Shown here: piece after piece, positions 10,194-20,467 of the stretch
Position numbering within the stretch: the first letter of the stretch is position 1
Layout: each line of letters opens with the position of its first letter
Assembly: GCF_016592615.1 (NCBI RefSeq)
Contig: NZ_AP013043.1
Coordinates: 1,410,001-1,442,000, forward strand
Reading direction: 5' to 3'
DNA length: 32,000 nucleotides
Source of the DNA: Isorropodon fossajaponicum endosymbiont JTNG4
GTDB lineage: Bacteria; Pseudomonadota; Gammaproteobacteria; PS1; Pseudothioglobaceae
Made by a program: the position numbers and the translations under genes
Notes under the pieces: model-generated
Database searches by the model: none
The model's input: the letters and a program-made list of their open reading frames with translations, nothing else
What the model was told of the DNA's origin: nothing

Positions 10194-10599
10194 TTATGTG
10201 GCTAATCTTAAGGCGCGAAAAAATCTTTTGCGTTGTTGTTGGTCTAATGATAGCGCCGTTTCTTTAATAAAGTTTTTTATCAATTTATCCTTTTGCCGTT
10301 TTAATTGCGCTAGTTGTTGGCTTTTTTCCTCATATAAACTTGGTTCGAACACAGGCGCTAATAATAGATTAAAAATATCTGAATATAAGTGCCTGGTTTT
10401 CTTATGATTGGTTATTTCTTGTTGTTGAAATAGTTGTAATTTTTCTTTTAATTGTTGTTGTGCATTGGGTAAATACGCCAAGCTGTTTGAGAATTTTATA
10501 TGTAATGGCTTTTTATGATGACCATGCCAATGTGAAAGCCGATTAGTAAAATATTTAACAGTAGTGAAATGGTTAAAATAATTTTAATTTTTTTACTCA
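10194..10599 (-). pseudogene. Spy/CpxP-like periplasmic protein, frameshifted (third gene of the ECF sigma module)
   Basis: The signal anchor MSKKIKIILTISLLLNILLIGFH runs from ATG 10599 and hits TAA after 34 codons. The body continues in another frame: ...SHWHGHHKKPLHIKFSNSLAYLPNAQQQL...LSLDQQQRKRF, with an LTxxQ-like motif. The family call is tentative. Confidence 0.5.
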
Positions 10600-10877
10600 T
10601 AAAAAGCACCTTGTTGATAATCAGAAAATAAATAAGCGTCTTGGTCTGCTATATCGTTAGTTGAGCCCCAGCCAATAACAATTCCTAGGATTAAAATAAA
10701 TATCAGTATTATTTTTTTCGGTAGTATTAATAGACTTAACGCCATGACTTCTGAAGGCATGTAGGCGTTTGATTGAGCTTTTCTTTTTTTAATAATATTT
10801 TGAATGGCATAAGCAGAGGGTGCTTGAACCTTTAGCTTGTTAAGTTGTAATTGGAGTTCTTTATCGTTATTAAACAT
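10593..10877 (-). CDS. putative anti-sigma factor (single-pass membrane protein)
   Basis: 94 aa with one central TM segment (IILIFILILGIVIGWG). It starts 9 nt after the sigma-factor stop. The assignment rests on position and topology only. Confidence 0.45.
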   Translation of the reverse strand: MFNNDKELQLQLNKLKVQAPSAYAIQNIIKKRKAQSNAYMPSEVMALSLLILPKKIILIFILILGIVIGWGSTNDIADQDAYLFSDYQQGAFYE

Positions 10878-10885
10878 AATTTTTA

Positions 10886-11425
10886 TTATAGATTAAGTTT
10901 TTGCTTGAGTTGTGCCTTGCCACGCATGAGTAATGATTGCAAGGCCTTAAGTCGGATGTTCATAATTTGAGCAGCTTGTTTGTTGCTCATGTTTTCATAA
11001 AAGCATAAAACAATTGCTAAACGCTGTCGCTTAGGCAATGAAATAATGGCTTGTTTAAGATTAAATTGCGCTTATTCTTGTTCTAAATTTTCTTCCAAAT
11101 CGGACGGGTCTGCGACATGGTCAATATGTTCAATTAATTGTGTTTTAATTTTTTTCTTATAATCTAGGCACAAATTAGCAATCACTCTATAAAACCAAGT
11201 GGTAAAAAGACTTTTTTCAGATTGATAACTATTAGGATTGTTCCAAAGTTTTAAAAAGGCTTCTTGGACAATATCTTGAGCATCATTTTGATTGAACAAC
11301 ATGCGATAAGACATAGCATAAAAACGCTGATGATGTCTTTGAACCAAAATATCAAATACCTGATGATGGTGTTTTTGAATCAAAATCATCAAGCATTCGT
11401 CATTTTTCTTACTAATAACGCTCAT
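10886..11425 (-). pseudogene. ECF (sigma-70 family) RNA polymerase sigma factor with in-frame TAA between regions 2 and 4
   Basis: Region 2 (DAQDIVQEAFLKLW...FTTWFYRVIANLCLDYKKK) ends at TAA 11072-11074. The same frame continues directly with region 4 (LPKRQRLAIVLCFYENMSNKQAAQIMNIRLKALQSLLMRGKAQLK) to the stop at 10886-10888. The total is 540 nt, or 180 codons, in one frame. Confidence 0.85.
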
Positions 11426-11459
11426 TAAATTATTAGAGAGTTACTTTTAGTAAGCGTAA

Positions 11460-11721
11460 TTAAAACATCCTCCTCATTGGTTGATGTTGATTTCGTCTAT
11501 AATTCCTCATTTCATTTTGTGTTAATACGCCATCACCATTCGTATCCATTTGAGAGAATTTTGCTTTTTTAAGTGTGATAAATTCATCCAAGGTAATTTT
11601 TTTTATCAGCATTATTCACAGGGTCTTGATCACATGTTTTGCCATTATCGCTAAAAGCATAACTACTTGTTGTTAACAATAAAGTTGTTGTTAGGGTTAA
11701 TATTAATAGTTGTTTTTTCAT
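11460..11721 (-). pseudogene. small secreted EF-hand calcium-binding protein, frameshifted in a homopolymer run
   Basis: Signal peptide MKKQLLILTLTTTLLLTTSSYA...ADKKNYLG then stop. The next frame gives ITLDEFITLKKAKFSQMDTNGDGVLTQNEM, where DxNxDGxLxxxE is the EF-hand loop. The shift sits in the 8-nt T run at 11597-11604 (plus strand). The 262-nt length is not a multiple of 3. Confidence 0.65.
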
Positions 11722-11822
11722 GGTTATTTCCTTATATTTTAGTTAGGTCACATAAAATATCTTACTGACACTAATTGATACGAGATATTAACTTAAAGTC
11801 TTCGGTTGTAAGCCTCAAATAT

Positions 11823-12379
11823 TTACTTTTTACCAAGCATTCTATGCAAGGTGCTATCTTTATCGATAAAATAGTGTTTTAACGCACCGATGATATGCAA
11901 TGTAATAGAAAATATCATTATTTTTCCACCCAATCCGTGCAAGGTATTACCCAAACTTGCAAGAGATTTACTAAGTGGTATCACTTTTCCTGGATTCCAT
12001 TCATCCGGATTGATTGCTAGCAACTCCAAGCCAAAGATAGATAAGCCATGTCCACCTGCACCTGACATTAACATACCGGAGATTGGCATCATCACTGTGC
12101 CAATAATTAACATCCAGTGAATGGTTTTTGCGCCTATTTGTTCAATTCTTTTATATTGACTGACAGGTACAGGCCAGCCATTTTTAATGCGCCAAATTAC
12201 CCATATTAAAATAACGTTAAAGAGTAGAATGCCGATTGATTTGTGTATTGGGTATAGAAAAAAACTTTGTTTTCCTCCATGTATATACCCACTACAATTA
12301 ATGCAATAAAAACAATGGCAACGAGCCAATGTAGTGAGATGGTAATTAAAGAGAGTTTTTGCTTGTTGTCTTTTGTCAT
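11823..12379 (-). pseudogene. cytochrome b561-family membrane protein, frameshifted
   Basis: The N-terminus MTKDNKQKLSLITISLHWLVAIVFIALIVVGIYM is in one frame. The rest (IHKSIGILLFNVILIWVIWR...KTIHWMLIIGTVMMPISG...LHIIGALKHYFIDKD) is in another. The junction is at the A7 run 12258-12264. Confidence 0.7.
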
Positions 12380-12532
12380 TTTGCATGCCTTCAAATCAGT
12401 TAAAAAATAATATCCAACTTACGTAGTACGAGCCATATATTAAAAACCTTCGTTTTTTCGTAAATTTTCTTTATAAATGGTATTATTTGAAGATTGTACG
12501 ATATTTTTTTAAACACCTAGACAAAGCAATCC

Positions 12533-14342
<1,810 letters not shown>

Positions 14343-14519
14343 CTAAAAATAAAAAGTATAAACACCCAATATTCTTAAGAATTAAACCAAAAGCAACCAA
14401 TTAAAGCAACTGTGGTATGTTTTGATTTAAGGCAGATAAGAAGTTTTATGTAATGGTCTTTCTGTGATTATTGTTTTTACGTTGTATAATTACAACTTGA
14501 TTTAACAAAAGATGAACAA

Positions 14520-15263
14520 ATGGTAAGAATAGCAGTATCGGGTAGTAATGGCAGAATGGGTCAGGCGATTATTGAAGTGATTGAGCAATCAGATGAGGTT
14601 GAGTTAGGCGTTAAGATTGATCAGGATAATAATTTAATTGATTATTTGGATAAATTTGATGTGCTTATTGACTTTACTTGTCCAGTAGCCACACTTGGCT
14701 ATTTAGCAATTTGTGCTAAGGCAGGCAAGAAAATGGTTATTGGTACGACAGGTTTTAATGATAATGAACTAAATCAATTAACCGCCCTTGCACGGAATAC
14801 ACCTATTATGTTTGCGCCTAATATGAGCGTGGGTGTTAATTTATCTTTAAAGCTTTTGGAAATGGCGGCAAAAGTAGTGGGAGAAGAAAGCGATATTGAA
14901 ATTATTGAGACGCATCACCGCTTTAAGGTGGATGCCCCTAGTGGCACTGCATTAAAGATGGGTGAGGTGATTGCTGATACCTTGGGCAGAGACTTAAAAA
15001 CGTGCGCCGTTTATGGACGAGAAGGCATTGAGCAGGTAAGAGATAAAAATACCATTGGATTTTCCACAATTCGTGGTGGTGATGTGGTGGGTGAACATAC
15101 GGTGAGTTTTTTTATGCAAGGCGAGCGTGTAGAAATTACCCATAAGGCTTCATCAAGAATGACCTTTGCACTTGGGGCGCTCCGTGCGGCAATTTGGCTG
15201 GATAAAGCACCCTCTAACAAAGGCTGTATTTACTCAATGAAAGACGTATTGGAGATTACTTAA
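14520..15263 (+). CDS. dapB: 4-hydroxy-tetrahydrodipicolinate reductase
   Basis: 247 aa. [15 protein letters not shown]...VIGTTGF...APNMSVGVN...[18 protein letters not shown]...[11 protein letters not shown] are canonical DapB motifs. Confidence 0.92.
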   Translation: MVRIAVSGSNGRMGQAIIEVIEQSDEVELGVKIDQDNNLIDYLDKFDVLIDFTCPVATLGYLAICAKAGKKMVIGTTGFNDNELNQLTALARNTPIMFAPNMSVGVNLSLKLLEMAAKVVGEESDIEIIETHHRFKVDAPSGTALKMGEVIADTLGRDLKTCAVYGREGIEQVRDKNTIGFSTIRGGDVVGEHTVSFFMQGERVEITHKASSRMTFALGALRAAIWLDKAPSNKGCIYSMKDVLEIT

Positions 15264-15269
15264 AAAAAA

Positions 15270-15883
15270 ATGCGACTACATGCACATAAAGTGCCACTCA
15301 TTTTATTGGCAATTTATACAGTTTTGCTTACTATATTAGCAATTAGTCCTTATGATAGAGCCACTTGGTGAGCGGAAAATATTCCAGTTTTGACTGTTGT
15401 GGGTGTTTTAGTGCTTACTTATTCTAGCTTCAAATTTTGCTTATGTGTTAATGGGTTTATTTTTGTGTTATCACACTATTGGTGGGCACTTTACTTTTGA
15501 ACTAGTGCCATTTGATTGGAGTAATCATCTATTATCAACATTGGGTTTTGATTTTGTTATCCCTGAAGGGCGAAATAATTTTGACCGCTTAGGGCATTTT
15601 TTGGTTGGTATTTTCTCCTATGCTGTGGTTGAGATTAGTGTGCGTAAAAAGTGGGTGAGCAACAACTTTATGGCTTGGCCATTGGGTGTATTTGCCCTAG
15701 GTTTTTGGGCGGCAAGTTATGAAATAATTGAAATGGTTTATGTCATTACTGAAGGTGGAGAGTCGGGAGCAACTTTTTTAGGCTCTCAAGGTGATATTTG
15801 GGATACTCAAAAAGATATGTTGCTTTGATATATTAGGCGCTTGTATATTTGGGTTATTAGCGCTGTTTAATCAGCGTAATTAG
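15270..15883 (+). pseudogene. DUF2238 (YjdF-like) inner-membrane protein, nonsense plus frameshifts
   Basis: MRLHAHKVPLILLAIYTVLLTILAISPYDRATW, then TGA at 15369-15371, then AENIPVLTVVGVLVLTY in frame. A frameshift precedes VLMGLFLCYHTIGGHFTFELVPFDW (ORF 15445-15828). A further shift near 15822 precedes the tail [19 protein letters not shown]. Confidence 0.75.
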
Positions 15884-15905
15884 CAGGAGAGGCATTAAAA
15901 AAATT

Positions 15906-16205
15906 ATGTTATATGCTATTATTTCACAAGATGTTGAGGATTCGCTAGAGAAAAGAGTGTTAGTACGTCTAGAACATATTAAGCGATTAGAGGCTTTAAA
16001 AAAACAAGGGCGCTTAATTTTGGCAGGTCCTCATCCTGCCATTGATACTAATGATCCAGGTAGCGCCGGCTTTACAGGCTCGTTAGTGGTGGCAGAATTT
16101 GATTCTTTAGAGGCTGCAAAAGTTTGGGCAGATGCAGATCCTTATATCGAGTCTGGTGCCTATGCTAGCATTATTGTTAAACCATTTAAGAAGGTATTGC
16201 CATGA
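15906..16205 (+). CDS. YciI-family protein
   Basis: 99 aa, with MLYAIISQD...[22 protein letters not shown]...ADPY typical of YciI-like proteins. Its stop overlaps the next start (ATGA). Confidence 0.75.
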   Translation: MLYAIISQDVEDSLEKRVLVRLEHIKRLEALKKQGRLILAGPHPAIDTNDPGSAGFTGSLVVAEFDSLEAAKVWADADPYIESGAYASIIVKPFKKVLP

Positions 16206-16744
16206 GTTTACTACTACGTCCTTTATTTGAAAAAATCAGTTCAACTTATACGTATCTTTTGGCAGATATGCAAACTTTGGACGCTATTATCATTGATGCG
16301 GTAGATGAAACTAAGCAACGTGATATTGGCTTGATTGAAGAATTGGGTTTGAATCTTAAATATATTCTTGAAACACATGTGCATGCTGATCACATTACCA
16401 GTTCTTGTCCATTAAAACAGCACTTTACACAGGCTAAAATTGTATACTAGGTTCAGCCAATGAAGTTACTTGTGTGGATATTTTACTCAATGATGGCGAT
16501 ACTTTATCATTTGGCGCTTATATTTTGAGTGCTATGACAACCCCTGGGCATACAGATGGCTGCATGTCTTATGCGGTGGATAATCAAATCTTTACAGACG
16601 ATACCTTATTGATTGGAAGTTGTAGATAAGCAAGAGTTTGCTCGTCGAGTTAATGCAATGGAGCTAGATTTGCCTAAAAAAATCCATGTTGCAGTACCTG
16701 CTAATCAAGTTTGTGGTGCAAAAATTATGATTAAGACACCATGA
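16202..16744 (+). pseudogene. MBL-fold hydrolase, ETHE1/persulfide-dioxygenase-like, degraded
   Basis: FEKISSTYTYLLAD...ILETHVHADHITS runs to TAG 16448-16450. A shifted frame gives GSANEVTCVDILLNDGDTLSFG...TTPGHTDGCMSY...DTLLIGSC to TAA 16627-16629. A third frame gives the C-terminal KQEFARRVNAMELDLPKKIHVAVPANQVCG. About 70 aa that this family normally has between these parts is absent. Confidence 0.8.
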
Positions 16745-16989
16745 AGGGCTATTCACTAGACCCACATCCAAGTATTAGCGTTGTTAAAGAAGTATTTGCT
16801 GTGGTCAGAATTCCAAGAATTAAGCGTGAGCGTGTACCGTCCAATAATGTTGAAGTGGTTGAAGATTTAGACATTGCTATGGAGAAATCAGACCCTGGTA
16901 ATCATCTGTATGCTGCAAAAGTACTAGGTCCGTCTAGGTCATCTGAAGGCATGACTTTGTATTATATTTTAGAAATGTATAACGCTTAA
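16741..16989 (+). CDS. hypothetical 82-aa protein (no family recognised)
   Basis: The ATG overlaps the preceding TGA (ATGA), and its TAA overlaps the next ATG (TAATG). Translational-coupling geometry is the only support. Confidence 0.35.
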   Translation: MKGYSLDPHPSISVVKEVFAVVRIPRIKRERVPSNNVEVVEDLDIAMEKSDPGNHLYAAKVLGPSRSSEGMTLYYILEMYNA

Positions 16990-18242
16990 TGAAGTGGTTT
17001 AGTTTACTGTTGATTTTATTAGCACCACTTGTTCATAGTGGACAAAGCACCGAGTTTGAATTAATATCAGGCGATACAATCAGTGCTGATGTTTATTCAG
17101 CAGACACACAAGTGTTATTTTTATGTTTGCCTTCTGAACGTGGTTTTAGCAAGGGCTATGTACCCACAGTACAACAATTAGCATTTTTTGATGTTGATAA
17201 TGTTGATGTTTGGGCGCTTGACCTTCATAGTAGTTACATGGTACCAAAACATCGCAGCAGCATTAATCGGTTTAAGGTTAAAGATGTGCTTGAAATTATA
17301 TCAACTGCCGAACGTAAAGGCTTTGAAAAAATATTTTTTCTAACCTCGGGTAGAGGCGCACAATTGGCGCTTAAAATTGCACATCAGTGGCAATTAGAAA
17401 ATCCTAAATCTAGTTTGATTAAAGGGCACATCTTTCATTCGCCACATTTGATTCATGGCAAGCTAGAGTTAGGCACTAAAGCTAAATATGTTGATATTTC
17501 AACGGTTAGCAACTTGCCTATTTATTTGTTATTACCACAATTTAGTACTAAATATTTTAGAGCAGATGAAATCTCTGAGCAATTAAAAATAGGGGGCAGT
17601 TCCGTATTTACACATCGATTAAAAGGAGCGCATGGTTGGTTTCATATGCACGATGAGAAAGACTTAAGACCCATGGATTTAAAGGCCAAAGAAAGTTTGA
17701 GTAATACTTATGTACTTGCTATGAATTTGATGAGCACTGTTGATATTCCCAAAGTAGTAACGCTAAAAAAACAAACTAAGAATAGCCAAAGCCTTTCGTT
17801 TGGCAAGCCTGTACTGAAGCTTTATAAAGGTAAATCAAACATAAGTCTTAAGTTCAAGTCAATTGATGGGCAATTATTAAATATTAAAGACTTTGATAAT
17901 CAAGTGATCTTAATTAATTTTTGGGCGAATTGGTGCAAACCCTGTGTGAAAGAAATTCCATCATTGGTTAGGTTGCAAACTATACTGAAAGATAAGCCAT
18001 TTAAGATTCTTACGGTGAATGTCGGCGAGTCAAAACAAGAAATAGACGCGTCCATGAAAAAAGTAAAGTTTGATTTACCAATTATGCTTGACCACTCTGG
18101 ACAGGCGGTGAAAGATTGGGATGTGTATGCTTATCCATCTAATTTTTTTCTGGATAAAAATGGCAAAATTAGATACACTTACCGCGGCGCACTAGAGTGG
18201 GATGCTAAGCCAATTGTTAAAACCATTCAGTCATTATTTTAG
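16989..18242 (+). CDS. exported two-domain protein: N-terminal alpha/beta-hydrolase-like domain fused to a TlpA/ResA-type thioredoxin domain
   Basis: Signal peptide MKWFSLLLILLAPLVHSG. The C-terminal 140 aa carry ILINFWANWCKPCVKEIPSL...YAYPSNFFLDKNGKI, a TlpA-like CxxC redoxin signature. The N-terminal roughly 270 aa has no GxSxG nucleophile (LTSGRGAQ). Confidence 0.7.
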   Translation: MKWFSLLLILLAPLVHSGQSTEFELISGDTISADVYSADTQVLFLCLPSERGFSKGYVPTVQQLAFFDVDNVDVWALDLHSSYMVPKHRSSINRFKVKDVLEIISTAERKGFEKIFFLTSGRGAQLALKIAHQWQLENPKSSLIKGHIFHSPHLIHGKLELGTKAKYVDISTVSNLPIYLLLPQFSTKYFRADEISEQLKIGGSSVFTHRLKGAHGWFHMHDEKDLRPMDLKAKESLSNTYVLAMNLMSTVDIPKVVTLKKQTKNSQSLSFGKPVLKLYKGKSNISLKFKSIDGQLLNIKDFDNQVILINFWANWCKPCVKEIPSLVRLQTILKDKPFKILTVNVGESKQEIDASMKKVKFDLPIMLDHSGQAVKDWDVYAYPSNFFLDKNGKIRYTYRGALEWDAKPIVKTIQSLF

Positions 18243-19429
18243 TGCCTTATGAGGTTGTTATTATTGGTGCAGGTGCAGCAGGGCTTATGTGTGCAATTGA
18301 GGCGGGTAAGCGGCATAAAAAAGTTTTAGTTATTGATAAAGCCAATAAAGCAGGTAAAAAAATTCTTATCTCAGGGGGTGGTCGTTGTAATTTTACTAAT
18401 CTTGCCATTGAGCCAGAGGCTTATTTATCACACAACCCACATTTTCATAAATCTGCACTGGCGCGTTATACGCAGTGGGATTTTATAAAATTGATGAATA
18501 AGCACAATCTAAGTTGGCATGAAAAAACACAAGGCCAGTTGTTTTGCGATCAAAAATCAGCTGCAATCTTACAAATGTTATTGAATGAGTGTATCCAAGT
18601 AGGAGTTGATTTTGTTTTTAACGTTTTAGTAACAAGTCTAGAGTTCGATACTAAATACAACCTTAAAACCAATCAAGGTGATTATCAAGCAAATACTTTG
18701 GTCATTGCAACTGGTGGCGCTTCTATTCCTAAAATAGGTGCTACTGATTTTGGCTTGCAAGTTGCTAAGCAATTTAATATTAACACGACTGATTTTACCC
18801 CAGCACTGGTGCCATTGACTTTCCATGTTAATGATATTAATCGTTACTTCAAAGGTTTATCAGGTTTGTCGTTAGAGGTGGTGGTTGGATGTAACGGACA
18901 ATCCTTTCGAGATTTTATTTTAATAACGCACAAAGGTATTAGTGGTCCTGCTATTTTACAAATCTCTTTATTTTGGCATTCAAGTGACAAGCTAAGCATT
19001 AATTTATTGCCAGACATTGACGCAACTGATTGGTTAATTGCACAACAACAAACGCGAGGTAAAGCAACATTAAAAACCGTTTTATCAGTACACTTTCCTA
19101 AACGACTTGCGCAGCGACTAGCAAATACATTATTATTAACCCCACTGGAAAACACACCACTGGGTCAAATTAATAAAAGTGAGCTTTCTCTTTTTGGGCG
19201 TGCGCTTAATAATTGGCAACTTTATCCAAATGCCGCTGAGGGCTTACGTGTTGCTGAGGTGTGCTTAGGTGGGGTTGATACCAATGAGTTATCCTCCAAA
19301 ACCATGCAAGTTAAAAAGCAACCTAGTCTATATTTTATTGGTGAAACTGTTGATGTGACAGGTCAATTAGGCGGTTATAATTTCCAATGGGCTTGGTCAT
19401 CTGGCTGGGTGGCTGGGCAGATGGTTTAG
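18242..19429 (+). CDS. NAD(P)/FAD-dependent oxidoreductase, HI0933/YhiN (BaiN-like) family
   Basis: GTG start overlapping the preceding TAG. VVIIGAGAAGLMCA...ISGGGRCNFTN...GPAILQ...GGVDTNELSSKTM...LYFIGETVDVTGQLGGYNFQWAWSSG are typical of this family. Confidence 0.85.
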   Translation: MPYEVVIIGAGAAGLMCAIEAGKRHKKVLVIDKANKAGKKILISGGGRCNFTNLAIEPEAYLSHNPHFHKSALARYTQWDFIKLMNKHNLSWHEKTQGQLFCDQKSAAILQMLLNECIQVGVDFVFNVLVTSLEFDTKYNLKTNQGDYQANTLVIATGGASIPKIGATDFGLQVAKQFNINTTDFTPALVPLTFHVNDINRYFKGLSGLSLEVVVGCNGQSFRDFILITHKGISGPAILQISLFWHSSDKLSINLLPDIDATDWLIAQQQTRGKATLKTVLSVHFPKRLAQRLANTLLLTPLENTPLGQINKSELSLFGRALNNWQLYPNAAEGLRVAEVCLGGVDTNELSSKTMQVKKQPSLYFIGETVDVTGQLGGYNFQWAWSSGWVAGQMV

Positions 19430-19464
19430 TTTAAGAAGGTAATAACTTAAAGACAAGGGATGGC

Positions 19465-19983
19465 ATGTTTGCATCTAGTGATAAAATTAAAGGCTATGAG
19501 GTACTTGTGTTCAATGAGCGCGAGGTAAGAGCAGCAACAGGCATTGTATTTTTGTTTGATTTTTTTAAATCCTAAATATGCCCCATCCATGGTCATGGGT
19601 CGTTGGATGGTTAATAACCAAACACCAGAATACGTTGGTGCGCCACAAAAAAGATGGGCATGGGCTTTGTTTTGGCACTTATTATGTTTTATTTAGTGGT
19701 GCTTAATAATGTTCGAGGGCCGGTTAATATTCTTGTTTGTGCTTCGTGTTTGGGGTTATTATTCTTTGAAGTAGTGTTTGGTATTTATGTGGGTTGTAAA
19801 ATTTATAACCTATGTCACAAGCAAGAGGCTCAATATTGTCCAGGAGGACCGTGTGATTTAAGCAAAGCACGGATATCAATTCAAAGCTTAAATTTAGCAC
19901 AAAAGGCAATATTTGCTTTATCAGTACTGGCGCTTCTTTACTTAATATTTGGTGATATTGTTGAGTTTTTTATTTTTAATTAA
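19465..19983 (+). pseudogene. DUF4395-family membrane protein, frameshifts plus internal deletion
   Basis: KGYEVLVFNEREVRAATGIVFLFDFF, then a stop. The +1 frame gives NPKYAPSMVMGRWMVNNQTPEYVGAPQKRWAWA. The original frame resumes with GFVLALIM...CLGLLFFEVVFGIYVGCKIYNL...AQYCPGGPCD. The first shift is at the T7 run 19560-19566, and roughly one TM helix seems to be missing there. Confidence 0.7.
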
Positions 19984-19999
19984 TCATAAGGAGGCCCCT

Positions 20000-20317
20000 A
20001 TGAAAAACTTAAAGACATTAGCAAGTTCGTTGGTTTTAATACTTGGCAGCAGTTTACTGTCATTTTCTTTTTTTGCTGTTAATAACAATACTGTTAAAGA
20101 AGAAAACACAACAACAAAATCAGTTGAAGAGTGCCGGCACCAAGCTGGGCAATTGCTATTGGTCATGAACAAAAATGGAGGTTGCACAATGGCTGCCCTA
20201 CTAAACAAGAGCCTCAGCAAGAAAAGAAAAACAGTTCTAAATAATGGCGTACTGGTATTTAGCAATAGCAATTATCGCGTAAGTTATTGCAACCAGTGCG
20301 CTCAAAGCTTCAACTGA
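20000..20317 (+). CDS. hypothetical exported protein (C-terminus uncertain)
   Basis: Strong RBS AAGGAGG 5 nt upstream of the ATG and a signal-peptide-like N-terminus (LASSLVLILGSSLLSFSFFA). The last 25 codons or so run out of frame across the SMR remnant, so the native end is unclear. Confidence 0.4.
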   Translation: MKNLKTLASSLVLILGSSLLSFSFFAVNNNTVKEENTTTKSVEECRHQAGQLLLVMNKNGGCTMAALLNKSLSKKRKTVLNNGVLVFSNSNYRVSYCNQCAQSFN

Positions 20318-20340
20318 GTTTACAAAACTACTACCAAGTT
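20244..20340 (+). pseudogene. SMR-family (EmrE/SugE-like) small multidrug transporter, N-terminal remnant
   Basis: MAYWYLAIAIIA-TAA-VIATSALKASTEFTKLLPS. The stop at 20280-20282 replaces the conserved membrane Glu of the ...AEVI(G/A)T... motif. Homology ends abruptly at the IS3-type terminal repeat starting at 20341. Confidence 0.7.
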
Positions 20341-20467
20341 TGCAATGCTCTAACCTACTTGGACACATTTCAAGCCGCTTTTTTCAATTCAGCCATCTTT
20401 TGAGCAGGTGTTAAATACCCAATCGCTGAATGAATCCTTTTGTAATTATACAAGTAGATATAACTCA
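20341..20467 (-). mobile_element. IS3-family element remnant (right end only: terminal IR plus last 35 codons or so of the transposase)
   Basis: The minus strand reads ...GLQGLSYIYLYNYKRIHSAIGYLTPAQKMAELKKAA then stop, a typical IS3 OrfB C-terminus. It is followed by the terminal sequence whose plus-strand form is TGCAATGCTCTAACCTACTTGGACACA. The upstream boundary is approximate. Confidence 0.65.

Noticed and set aside
10186-10407. Plus-strand 73-aa ORF overlapping the Spy/CpxP-like gene, and plus-strand ORF 11890-12120 inside the cytochrome b561 gene.
   Set aside because: Both are shadow ORFs opposite better-supported, though degraded, minus-strand genes, and their composition is not protein-like.
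15369-15371. In-frame TGA next to a Trp codon in the DUF2238 gene, considered as a hint of TGA=Trp recoding (genetic code 4).
   Set aside because: TGA clearly terminates well-conserved genes in this window (kdsB at 551-553, folD, yciI) at the expected protein lengths. TAA and TAG also interrupt other genes, so pseudogenisation is the simpler reading.
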